From Phoronis australis (lineage: Eukaryota > Animalia > Phoronida), in NCBI GenBank assembly GCA_002633005.1, contig NMRA01000232.1, positions 62,001 to 126,000 on the forward strand: a DNA stretch of 64,000 nucleotides, given 5' to 3'. This document shows, piece by piece, positions 1 through 13,000 of this stretch. How positions within the stretch are numbered: position 1 is the stretch's first letter; each line of letters begins with the position of its first letter. Under the pieces are notes generated by a model. That model had not been told where the DNA came from, made no database searches, and worked only from the letters and a program-made list of their open reading frames with translations. The position numbers were made by a program, and so were the translations under genes.

Positions 1-1594
1 CCTCATCATCTTTTTGGTATATTGGCTCTACGGAATAAAAACCCTTCAGAGTAAAGGCTTTTCAGATTCTAAAGCTACATAGATCCTCTGATTACAAATT
101 AACAGAAATCTTGCCTACACAATGGAAACCTTATGCTGTTTTACCTCGACTGTTACAAAACTGAGTCCATTGTCTTTTAAGTCAAGCTTAAGTTCTAGTG
201 TAGCTCAGACAAAACATAAAAGAACATACAGACAAATAGTTCACCACTGACAAATAAACATCACTACTTGGTCTTCTCATTTTTGGACACAAAAGTAAAA
301 CTTAATAACAAATAAGGCAATACTAAAAATCTAAGAAATATTTTCTCACACATGAAACCAAATTTGAAAGTGCATATTAAGGTTGAAAAACCTTTTAAAA
401 ACAAACCACCGGAAACATAACATTATAAAGCAAAATATTTTAGAACTACCGTGGACATGTCAATATCCTACCAAGGTCAGCATTCCTTTGAAGGCACAAA
501 AAAACAATCCCAGCCGCTTAAAACAGCAGAACCTGCTTAAATATAAACTAACTTTAAATATCAAAACATAGTTTTGATGACCTTATTCAATCACTCCTGA
601 CATTAGGATGTATTTAACTTGACAAATCTGGATGAGTAGCTAACAAAAAATAACAAGAATCTCATTTGTGGTGTGACAACAAAAACTACCAGGGAGAAAT
701 TTGAGAGCAAATTAATGTCCGACAAGCACTTGAGCACAGAAAGGGATTACTTTAAATAGCACAATTCTAGTAGTGTAAAGTGATTTCTAATACTAGCGAA
801 AACATCTCTACCAAGCAGTTCAACTTGGTAATAAGTTCACAGATCACATAACTTTGCGTGAGATATAAGTTTTTGTTGGACAAGTTTGAAATGTTGAGTA
901 GAAACACCCGCTAGAGTTGTTATCAAAACAGCTTTGTTAACTTGGCCTTTGCACTGCCTTTCAAAACAGTTTGTGACATCATTTCTAAAACATATTACTC
1001 TTCATACACCTATACAAACCTATTTATTATGGCAACAAGTTGGCCATTTCTCCTGTGGCTATCTCCAGGTTTTACAGTGTTCTTAAAAAAAAAACGAGCT
1101 AATAGGTAGGTGGGATGGTCAAGGTATCCAGTGATGACCACATTTTCAGAATTTGTCTCGTACATAGACTTGGGAGATGATACTACAAATAACATCAACA
1201 ACTTAAAACAGTCAAGTTGAACGTCTTGTTTAATGGACACTATTTAGTTAAATCTGACAAACCCTGACCTCTGTTTCATGACAGAAATTTGGTCTAACAC
1301 TCCAATTCTCCCAATTCATTATTGTTAAAAAATTTAGCCAAGTATTTATGAGTACACCACAGTCCAGACATTTTCTATAAAAGATATCTTAGTAACTAGT
1401 ACTATGTGTATAATCCCAGAGACTGCCCTTTTCTGAAGTGATGTTTAGCTGTGCGGAGCTTAAGACCACATTTCTGACTTATGTCCCAAGTCACTTTACA
1501 AGACACAGATCCTTGGTAAATAAAAAACTGTTTTACAAGACATCTGTGACACTTATCTCAGTTATCTGCATCAGTTTTAATTGTTTTATTTCAG

Positions 1595-2139
1595 TGAAGT
1601 CCTACGCAACTCAAGCCAGTTATCTTCAACAAGAAATAGACCAAATAAGGAGTTACCTTGTCAACATCCAAGCTCGTTACCGAGCGATGGTGCCATCAGG
1701 GGACAGTGAAATGTCAGCAAATGACGTGAGGACTTTTCCGAAACTCATGCGCAAAGTGAAAGAAATCAAACGCAAGTCAGAGAGCATGGGTCGGATTCTA
1801 AACAATGCACGCGGCCAAACATGGGCCATGCAGAAGAACTTGCGCTCTATTCAGACACACCAAGGAAAACTAAGGCGGGAGATAGGATCATTACGCCAGA
1901 TGACAAGAGACAATATGGACATTATAAAGAACCAATTTCTCAACATTCAGGCAAACATAGATAAAAAGATGGTGCAATTCAACAGGACAATTCAGGGACG
2001 ACTGAAGACCATGAAGGAAGAGATTTTTAATGAGGTGATGAGTACAACTGTTGAAATGTTGGTGCTTAAACCAGCTAAATACATTCTGGAACAGGGCTGG
2101 TACCCACAAGTGCACCACAAGAACTGGGATAAGGATTAA
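1595..2139 (+). CDS. Probable terminal coding exon of an uncharacterised coiled-coil protein, nested antisense in a TMTC3 intron
   Basis: About 180-codon open frame rich in Q/K/R/E/M with heptad-like pattern; strong acceptor ttgttttatttcag| at 1594/1595; stop TAA 2137-2139; AATAAA at 2813. Confidence 0.65.
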
Positions 2140-3953
2140 TGATCGATGGGGGTGGAGTTAGAGAAGAAAACCTTTTAACTTTTTATCGAGAACTTGACTG
2201 GTGCATCTGTAGTATTTATTTTTCACATCTTTTTCAAAAAATGTCTAATTGTTTAAAAACACAACAGACATAAGTTACTGTTTGAAGTGAAATACGTGTA
2301 CATTTTGAGTGAAAATTGGCAAAGTTTTCTTTCTATTATTAAAGCCCATAGTAGCATCGTCTTTGAATACCATTGCTTTAGTTCATGTTTTAGGGTGGAA
2401 CCCATTTTTCTTTTTACAAATCAACCTAGAGTTACTAATTTCGTATGATAACACCATGGATGCATATTTTCACAACATCAAATTTCCCCTCAGAGGTGAA
2501 AGTTCTCTGCGCACATGCAAACTTCAGCAATATGGCCAATCATTCTCCTCTGTGAAAGTAGCCATGACTTGCCAAATGACTTAAGTCACAGATAGCATTA
2601 ACCTCTAACAGGAAATCCGAAGCTACAAAAAGACGTAAAGTGTTGCCGATGATTGTATGGAATGAAGTTCGTTGGTTGCTGCAATGGGAAGTCTTACTTT
2701 TGCTAACTTGGTTTACTGAGAGCTTGAAGTTTGTGACTTTAGCTTGGCCTGGGACTTAACTTTATTTATTTTTTACAAAGTGATCTCTAGTACTTGTATG
2801 ATATGACAACTAAATAAATTAAACTGTACATAAGTATACTGAGCACTTGGTTCATCAAAAACCACAAAAGAATACAACATGTAAGCCACATGTATTATGT
2901 ATAACAGCTGAGTTACAGATTATCACAATTTAAAGTATTTACACAAACAGATTTGAACAGATGGGCAAGAATGAAAGGCAGAAAGATTATGCTAACTTAA
3001 GATACTCTCTGGTTCAATGCCCCAGGATATAAATGGAACCTTTCAAAAACAGAGGGTGGAAAATTCAACAGCATAGCTGTGGTATGGACATCCCTACTTC
3101 TTAAATTTCACTCAATGATTTGTCATTTAACTCTTTATATAACAGAGTGTAAGCCACTTAGGTCAGTCTATGATTAATTGACATCTTTTAGTTGGAATGC
3201 TTTGTGAAAACAAATAAATCTAGCCCAAAGGAGTTCAAGTCAAGACCAATTGACTTTTTCTCAAGTTCACTAATAATAGCAAATCTACAGTTCAAAGTCC
3301 ACGAAAAACAGTTTCATGTTTTCCTCAGTTCAGTTGAGAGAACACAGTGCTTATATGAAGATGATGGACACTTAGTCAAGCAGCCTATCTGAACCATACA
3401 CCAGTGTCTAGCCAGGGGACTCTCAACATTTGGTAGTCAGCTACACTGTTCTAACAGAGATTAGACATATGGGTTTTCACGACTATGACCCATCAGTTCA
3501 GATGAAAAACAGAGACCATACAAAAATAGAGCTACCCTGATAATTTGGTGCCTGTGTGGTTGTTCATTTGTAACATGACAGACATAAGAACAAGCGCCAA
3601 AGACGTTTTGATGGCATTACATACTGTGTATAGGTGCCTTGATAACATCAGTGCAAGTAAAAACAGATCAAAACGAAAATGTGGCAGACGTAGAATTGAC
3701 ATGAAGTGCCAGCCAATGAGAGAGAGGGCCTAGAAGAACACTTGAATGTCCCACCACATGTCACATAATAAATGATTTTGGTACTAACACTTATTACAAG
3801 CAGTCAAAAAACAATTCTTAATATTAACCAATATAAAATGTTGGCCTTGAACAATCTTGATTACACCCCAGTAACAGTAGCAGGAAAATGGGATAGTGCT
3901 TGAATTACATCAAACACGATGCATTCACAAACAACCACATGACGTGTACTGAC

Positions 3954-4074
3954 CTCTATTGCCTTTTTAAACCAGATTTCGGCCTCGTCAAACCTTTTAT
4001 CATCTGTACATAACATGCCCAGGTTAAAAAAGACCTTCTCATTCTTGGAGTCCAGTTCAGTCAGCTGGGACAGC
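3954..4074 (-). CDS. TMTC3: TMTC3 exon 16
   Basis: [26 protein letters not shown]; GTCAGT donor. Confidence 0.9.
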
Positions 4075-7000
4075 CTATATAAGAAAAAAGAGTAAAGAAA
4101 AAAATAAACGAAAACGTGGACTACCGTATTCGTCCTAAAAGGCGCCCATGACTGTTGGAGCTTATTGATAAATTGATGACGTTACTGTAGAATTTTAGAA
4201 CTGTAGGTAAGGCATTTTGCGCATGTACACATTCATGGACTGGGCGCTTATTTTAGAGAAGTCTGAAAACGTGTGGGGGGCACTTATAGGGGCATGGGCG
4301 CCTATTAGGGCGAATACGATATTTAAAATAATAAACCCGTTTCAATGACTTCACACAAAAATGGTTTTGACACCTGCAATTACATGTTCATTTTAGTCTT
4401 TGTAATAAAGGCTTTCAGCTCGCAATATATGCGATAAAAAGTAATACACGCAGGCGATTTGAACAATGAAAACAAGAACTATACTATAACAGGCCTAATA
4501 ACAGAAACAATAATAACATAACAGTTACAAAATAAAGTTCTTGAGAAATCCTTTAAGGCACCTGTCTGCAGGAACAATAAATTCTAATATTTCCTCAAAG
4601 TGGGGACGTTCATTGAGTAGAGCAACTTTTTTGAAAGTCCACTCTCTATAGGGCAGACATGGCCATGTTTTGCATGCGAATTCCTTCCCACAATTCAACA
4701 CTCTAACATTGCTTACCAATCACTAGTGGTGGCTATTTTGCTAGGAGGTGGCTGAACATTCTCACGAAGCACTCGTCATACACTCGCGTGGTTCTATGAG
4801 GTTTTTGTGATCTCACTTCTCTTGCCACAAATTTGCTCAACAGAATGTGGCCCTAGCTACTCTGATGATTGTCCAATACCACACAACCAAGTAGCTTACA
4901 TTACGAAATACACTATGACTATTTAGAGCCAGTAACTCATCTAAGCTATGACCAATATGTATAGCAGGTTCAATGTAAGAGCACAATGAAACTACAATAC
5001 TGTATTCAGCTTCCACTGCAAAACTTTCACTAGGCTGATTTGACAGCAGTAATATTCCTTTTGTACACAACATTGTCTCAAAAGATAAGTTTTGTCAATT
5101 TGCATTTTTAAAGAACACTTTCTCGAACGTCTGGCATATTGTAGTATCGAAAAATATACAAATAGATTGAGAAAATGTCTATTAAAATCATAAACGGAAC
5201 ACTTTCGTGTCTGCTGGAGTAAAACTCTAATTGCAACTAAAAGATAGCATTGGGCTTCTGGGACAGTTGTGTAACCTAGTGGTGGGAGCCACATGCTAAT
5301 GCATACTCTTACATTTCATACGCCCGTGGTCTCAGCTTTGCATTGCCTGACTCCTGTATAAGTATGGCCATGTTGAACAGCGTATGACGGTGGGTTGGGT
5401 CAATCTTTAGCGCCTTGTCAAAATTAACAAAGGCATCCTGATGTCTCTTCAGTTCAATGTTGACAACACCTAACTGAAAACACAGGGATATAAATATCTT
5501 AATTTCACAAAACCACCTGTTAAAGAAAGAATAATTAATTCTGGTAGTTTTTTTTTTAAATCAAACCAGTGATGTGTTAATTCTGTTCAGTTGCTAACCT
5601 TTAGAAACAAGAAAATCCACCAGAGATGAGAAAAAATTATGTGGGGTTTGATTTCTTTCTTTCTTATATCACTTGACAAATTATCAAGTTTACATGCCTT
5701 TGTGCAGCTTTTTCAAAAACCAAGATAACTTGGCTGAAATATTTTATTACTGGCCAACCTCAGTGTCTATACATTGGCTGAAATATGTCAATACTGGCCA
5801 ACCTCAGTGTCTATACCTTGGCTGAAACATTTCATTACTGGCCAACCTCAGTGTCTATACCTTGGCTGAAATATTTCATTACTGGCCAACCTCAGTGTCT
5901 ATACCTTGGCTGAAATTGATGGGGGTGGATGTTTTTATAGTTCGGCGAGCGCAGGTCTCAAAATGAATTGGGTAAGAGGGCAGGAGTGAACCAATTTTTT
6001 TGGCCTTATCGTATTTTACAAATAACTTAAAACAATCAAATCCGAAATTTGTTTGGACTCTGCTGAAAGGCCACAAAATGTAATCAGCAAATGGCGTAGG
6101 AAAATAATAAGCTATTAATTACCAAACCATTCTCCTTAGTCAGAAGAGAACATTTAAACTTGAACTGAATTTTGAAATAAAGATTCTGTCAAATCTATCA
6201 AAAACTTTGGTGTAAATATGTAAGTAACATTAGTCTTCCTACACGCCATCTGTTGGTCACTTGACGTGACAAATAGTTAAGTCTGAAACAATCTCTGTAC
6301 TGTCTGGGGCTCGAACCAGAGACTTTCTGCTAACCGTGAAGACGCTCCAGTCAACTGAGCTATCAGGACCATCAGTCGATTACAGAAATCCAATCAGATT
6401 TATAGGAGGCATCTTACCCAAACTGTCACATGATGTGACCATAACATGATGGCGTGATAGAAGACTAACAAGTCTTATGTATACCATATCACCACGCTGT
6501 TTACAACAGCAAGAACTTTGCAGTAAATGTAACAAGAAAACTGGAATATAACTAGCTCATACAAAAAGCTGAGTTAACAAGAGGCTTGACTTCCTTTGCA
6601 AGTACACTGGCTCACACCCGATTCATCGCGTGGTAAATATCATGACGTGTACTTACATTGTAGTATAAATCAGCATTGTCACGTTCATATCTGAGTGCTG
6701 TTTCGTACTGCTCCTGGGCCTCTTTGGTCCTGTGGTTAAGAATGAGAGGAGATATTTTGAACGGCACTCAAGGCAAGACATAATAACAGTAACTTATACT
6801 GATGGAGACTGTCTTTGATTAGCATGTAAAATATAGTGACAACAAAACTATTAACATTTACTGGACTGGCATGAGAAATTGGAGCAACCTTATGTCGGCC
6901 ACTCCTGACTTCTCAAACTTTGGCGGTGCGACATCAGGGTCCATGATCACCAAACCTAACTCATTTCATTTCATTACTAGAAACTTAAAGAATTTACTAA

Positions 7001-10000
7001 AGACTAAGTGATTTCTCATGTTTTGTAGACCACCAAAATGTATTCACACAAAAGTACCAAACATTTTAAGTAATTCTAAGTTTCCGAGTAGTATTCAGGA
7101 AGGTGTGACCATCACTTAAAATTCTTGAGTAAAATTTCATGCAAATTTGGGAAAAATTACTCAAAAATTCTAAAACTGCTACATAGCATTCTTGAAAAAT
7201 ACCTTATCATTCACTGCCATTATATTTCCTAAAATTGTATGAATGAATAAAATTGGATTTACAAAGTACATACCAGGCACTTTTTCAATCAAAAAATCTA
7301 CTAACAATTATCATTTTCACACCTCCTTAACTGGAAAACTTGAAATTCGTTGACTGGCCTATACAGTGTACCAGGTTTGAAAATGTGCTTCAAGTTAATT
7401 TTCCTTGTTTTCCCACACCAAAGAATTCCTCAGAAATGCAAGAACAGTTCTCGAGTCTGAGTTAAGGTTTTAAGTAAAGTTTGGTGCTGGCCATTTCAGA
7501 GTACTTCTTCAGTGATAACAAGCTGGTTGAAGTAAAAGTCTGTGAGTAACTAAAGGTATTGGAAAGCTTTGGTAGTCACAGGCACTAGTGGTGTGTCTCA
7601 CTTAAGGTAGATACCGTAAAACTTTGAACAAGACATAACCGAGACCGAGCATTACATTATTTTCACAACACAAGGCCTAAAAGTAGAGTGTACAAAATCT
7701 AGGCTTGAAGAGAAAAAATTTCACTGATCAACAACTTCTGACACTGGGGGGGGGGGACAATTTTGTGTGACAATTTGTATCCTGCCATTGCTATCAATTT
7801 CACTCTGCTCTAGGTTGCAAAATCCCCAATTCCTAGTTCAACATCTCTGACTGTCAGAAGCTAACTGGACACGCCCCCTTCTTCCACTTAAGTAGAAGAC
7901 ACCATCTTACCTGTTCAACTTCATCAAAACATCCCCCCTGTTCATATAGGCTCGAGTGTAGTCTGGTCTCATACTTATAGCCGTCTTATATAACTATTGG
8001 TACAAGCAAAACAAACGTGTTAGACAATTAATATCTTTGAACAAATGATCATATTCACGAATAACTTTCATAAAACCCAACCACAGATAGCACAGCCTGT
8101 ATTGTGTCTATTTTAAAATTAGTTTCCAGATTAATTCATAAAGTTGGTGATGGAATTATAACATATGACGACAAGCTGTCACTCACTCACTCACTGACCC
8201 AACAGACTTCAGTCTTGCTTGAATATGATTCAAATACAGAGGAAGTGACAATTTGCTATGACGGTGATTATTCACCACCTCTGTCTCCATAAGGCTTTTA
8301 GCACTTCTTGGACACCATGATCATGTATCATGAAAATTGTTTAAAAAAGCTTGTGAGATAACATCAGATCTAGATTGTAAAAACTGCTCAATAACTCAGT
8401 TAAATCAAGTGCGACAAATAATTCAGTTTTGATCCTGTAACACACCTATAAGATTCTGAAGTTGGAATTTATGTTCTTAATAGTTAAATCAAGATCACTA
8501 GTCCTAGATTACACCAAAATACACCCATTTAGTCTACCGGGGATAATATGTTATCACGAGAGCCATCAATCACTTACCGACTCTGCCTCCAGCAGCCTGC
8601 TTTGGTCCTTAGCTATCAGGTTACCCAAATTGAGATACACATTCAGGTGACTGGGGGCAATGCGGGCAGTGTATGACTTTCCTGTAGACAACATAAGGAG
8701 TCTTAGATAGAGTTATATAGAGAGAGATGGTGTTAAGAGAACTGGATGTAACTTTTAATGCTGGATGCAAATTATAGATATATCATTTGCAGTATCACAC
8801 CTTATGGACATCTATCTTCAATGTTCAATTTCCAGAATTAGCCAAATTTAAAAGTCAAATTTCGTTTAACTATGCAAATTTAAACATGAGTCTAATTACT
8901 TTTACAATACACAATGGTTTGTGACATCAAAGACATCGAAACAAGACTACTCCCCACCCTAAAGTGGTCACAGAAGTGGTTTCATAAGCCTCCTGTGACC
9001 TATGACCCAAGGCCCATGTAGTGTAGTAACCTTGCAAGCTTACGAGTGACAAACCAGTAATGAGATCTTGTGCAGCACCAGAGCTATCTTGCTAAACACA
9101 CAAGACTAGCCATTCTGAATACAAAAACCCATGTTAAAATTAAAGCTTTACAAACAAAACACACACTGATGATTCTGTTGGCAAGTTGCTTGTAGTTTCA
9201 TAAACACAAACTTCCAGAATTTCCAACTCTTAAAGAGTGCACCATGGAAACCAACTGATTCTTTGTACAGATGGAAAATTTAGGAAATTATCACTATCCA
9301 AATTTAAGAAAACATTATCCATAACCTGGTATCACACAAAAACAGGACTCAATAACTCTTTTACACAATCTTGCAACAGATTTTGGGCATCCTTGAATGT
9401 GCATTCAAATTCTCTCTAAATTGCACGGGCAAAGTGTGTTGCCCGGAACTTTCGAGGTATTCTATTTTACTCTTATCAAGCCTATGAATCAAAATTTATT
9501 GACAACTCTAAAACGAGTGTTTTCGCAACAGCCAGTGTTGTTTGTTTTCGTTGCGGAATTTCTACCTGGTATAACAGGAGGCATTAGCTTCAACGCCTTC
9601 CTATAGGCCTGCTCAGCCTCACTTGATTTATTGAGATTGTTGTACGTCCTTCCAACGTTGATATGAGCACCAAGATCATCAGGCTGAATGCTGTAATGAG
9701 AAATGAAGAAAATAAGAATCTGTGATCAGGATAGATTGGGGTTTGAAAGTGATACGCCTTAAAACAAGAATGTCTGGTTGTATGGTGCAATGCACAGTGA
9801 AGACAATCACAAACCACAGTATGACTGTACAGTGTGTTTAATATGTGATGTATAGATGACACCATGTGGTTATAAACTGTAATGAAAAGTCAAGAATATG
9901 CCAAACTACGATATTGCGAGACTGGCTCACAAAAGTATGTGATGGGCTAACAGGACTGTCTGGCTGTACGCTGCCATGAAATGAAAAGCAATAAGCAAAC

Positions 10001-13000
10001 TGCAATCATGTAGAAGTGCACCATGATTGTTTACGTGGATGTCCCTTGTGTGCAGGCTGACGGGCAATTCAAGAGAAATATAACAGAATTCTTCCCTAAT
10101 TTGCAACACAAGGGGGGTCTCCAAGTGGCAAAGATGGAACAAGGCAGCAACGAACCAGATGCTCTTCTAAGAGTCCCTAAACCTACCGACCATCCAAAGA
10201 ACATAGTGGTGGCTTTGTCATGCAAGGAATCGTCCATGTTGACATAAAAAGAGCCTGAAAACTAGGACCCACCTGACAGCCTTTTCAAAATACCAGAGAG
10301 CTTTGTCGAACTTCTCCTTAGCCTCAAGCGCATGACCAACATTGTTGAACAGCTTTGCATTGTTCTGGTTGACTCTGAGAGCTGCCTGAAATATGGTATA
10401 TTCAGACCTCCAGTCGACGTTACGCCGCACTGTCTTGAGTGAATGGATAATCAGCAGGAAACCCATGGCAATCCACAATAGAGGGCGCAAGCTTCTGGAA
10501 AAAGGAATTACCACTTATTTTACAACACTGGGCTTTTAAAGGACACTCGAAATAAACAAGTGTGCAAGGAATTGCACGTGCATTCAGCAGGGCTTGGAAT
10601 GACCAATGACAAAAAACGCGGAAACTTTGAAACTTTTACGACCCAAATCATGCCCCCGATAACCAGTCTTGAAATGGTCAATGTGAACCTTTCCCCGACA
10701 AAAATCGGGAGGACTAAAAAAAAAAAACGTTACCACCATCGGTAGCATGCGTCTGCGTCCTTTTAGCTCGCCCGTCCACTCCCAACCCACACATTTTTGG
10801 CTGCAGAGCGGTAGTATTTGACGCCGCGTTTAACAATAACACGAGACGCCATTGAAAATCCCACCACGCTGTCCCAGATGCCCCGGCAATGTTGACAATT
10901 TACGTTCCTCCGAAACATAAAGAGCAACTTCCGCTTTTGGAGGTGAACGTCGTCTGCAACGCCGCGGTAAGAAAGGAATTTGCCGCGGAAATTTTATATC
11001 AAATCCGATTTTTTTACGCGGAAATATTATAAAAAAATCAGAAAGCACATTTGAAAAAAGCGGAAATCCGCGTTTCCGCGGAAAATTCCAAGCCCTGATT
11101 CAGGCCCATGTTTCTATATTCTAAATGCCTTGTTGAAACTGCAACTATTTTGCAAAAGGCATTCGCCAATAGATTTGTAAATTGGTTCAGCTCAACATAG
11201 GGTGCATGAAATCTAAGCATTTGTATGCATGTTGCGTGGCTAGTCAGGTATAAACCAGTGTGTTCTAGTACGTGCACAATGTTTTATTGTAAAAGCAGTG
11301 ACCACACGACTGTGAGCTCATAGGTTCAAACCCTCATAGTGACAAGCTACTGTTACGAAAACCCGGACTGAGATACTGTTCAGTTTTCTATTACGACTAG
11401 TCTTCCCTCAATGACTCGTCTTACGAAAAAAATATGAGAGCTTCAACCATTCAATCCTAATAAAAATGATGTAATAAATATCAATAATGTAAATTTGTAA
11501 ATTTTAAACTGGCGTGGAAATATAGATCGCAAAATTTTTAATTCTGGTCTGCACACCACCAATTGGTGGAGCAGGAATCTTTTCAGACTTATGTTCATTA
11601 GGTCATGTGATGTGGCCAACAGGTGGCGCGCAGACCAGACTTAAAATGTTTGTGACATATCCATGATGATAACAACCATAATAATGAATTAAAAAATATC
11701 AGCTCTACCTGGACAGGTCACTTATCATACGAGATCATACTTGACAACAGACATGCTGAATCTCACAATCCTTTGTCTAGAAAGTTTTTACAAACCTTAG
11801 TACGAACTTATGGCCAGGTAGAAAATCTTGAACAACTCCTAAGCACATACATTTTTGCCCTAAAGTAGAAAATACTTGCTTCTTATGATCCAGAAGAAGC
11901 TGAAAGCCCAGAGCGATGATCATACAGAAGCCCATACTAGGGGCGTATAGGATCCTCTCTGCGACAACGAACCCCACAGGGAAGAAGAGATTAGATGCAG
12001 GAATGAACGGTAACACCAAAAAAGCCAAGCACTGAAAAAAAGGGACAAAACTCAGAACAATGCAAATAACAACAGACCATTACATTGGCATGAATGGTGA
12101 AACGAATGCATCTCGGTGTCATTGGAATGCATAAGAACTTCTTATCAAGTAGACTGAGCTGAATGGTCAATTTTCCACCACTGTAGAGGATTATATTGGC
12201 TGTTGCGTTATGGTTGAAGTGCTCCCTGACAAACACTTTACGCGTTGGCAAGAAAGTGTACCGACTGTTACGTTTTTATTTCGACTACAGAACTCAGAAA
12301 TGTTTAGTAATCCCATACTGGACTCCAAGTGGGAAACACCATTTTTGTTTTACTTCACACACCATTTTCATGAACTACTAGATTTAGTTCAACTGTTCTA
12401 TGCTCAATCACAACTTAAAATCAATAGAAATGTTTGGAAACTATACACAGTTTATTATTTATCACAGAAAACTACCTAGAGACATCACTATGTCCTTGTC
12501 TCAAAGTAGGACATGGTCAGAAGTCACATGAAATGTTTCAACAGTGTTGTCGGGTAGGTTTTACTCACTAAAACAACGCATTTCATAACTATTCAACCAA
12601 GAGTTGTTTCTGGCTTCCTATTTTCTCCATTAATTCAGTACATATGATGGCCATTAGGTGGTACTTTTTGGAACCACAAAAAGAACAGCTCTGGATCACG
12701 TTTCTCAATTATTTTAGGTACCCACTGGAGCGCTAATAATTGCCCATTAGAATGTAACAAAATCCATACAATCTACTAACCAGTATGACAGACCGGGCTC
12801 TCTGTCCCCTTTCTTTCATTGCAAATTGCACGAACTTGAAGAACACTGTGTAGAACAAAACAGTTGCCAGGTTACGCGTGTCAAAAATGGATCGTATGAC
12901 AGGTATGGTGCCCATCGTCCAATCACAGCAAAGTTGTGACGGGGAAAGCAAAAGCCACGCATTGACAGGTAAAAGGTAGTTGAAAGTCAACTGCCTGGCA

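Noticed and set aside
1438-1594. N-terminal part of the 233-aa ORF
   Set aside because: Low-complexity intron-like sequence ending in a strong polypyrimidine/AG acceptor; probably intron read-through.
5730-5916. Regular repeat array resembling CRISPR
   Set aside because: Head-to-tail units with no unique spacers; eukaryotic intron; no cas genes.
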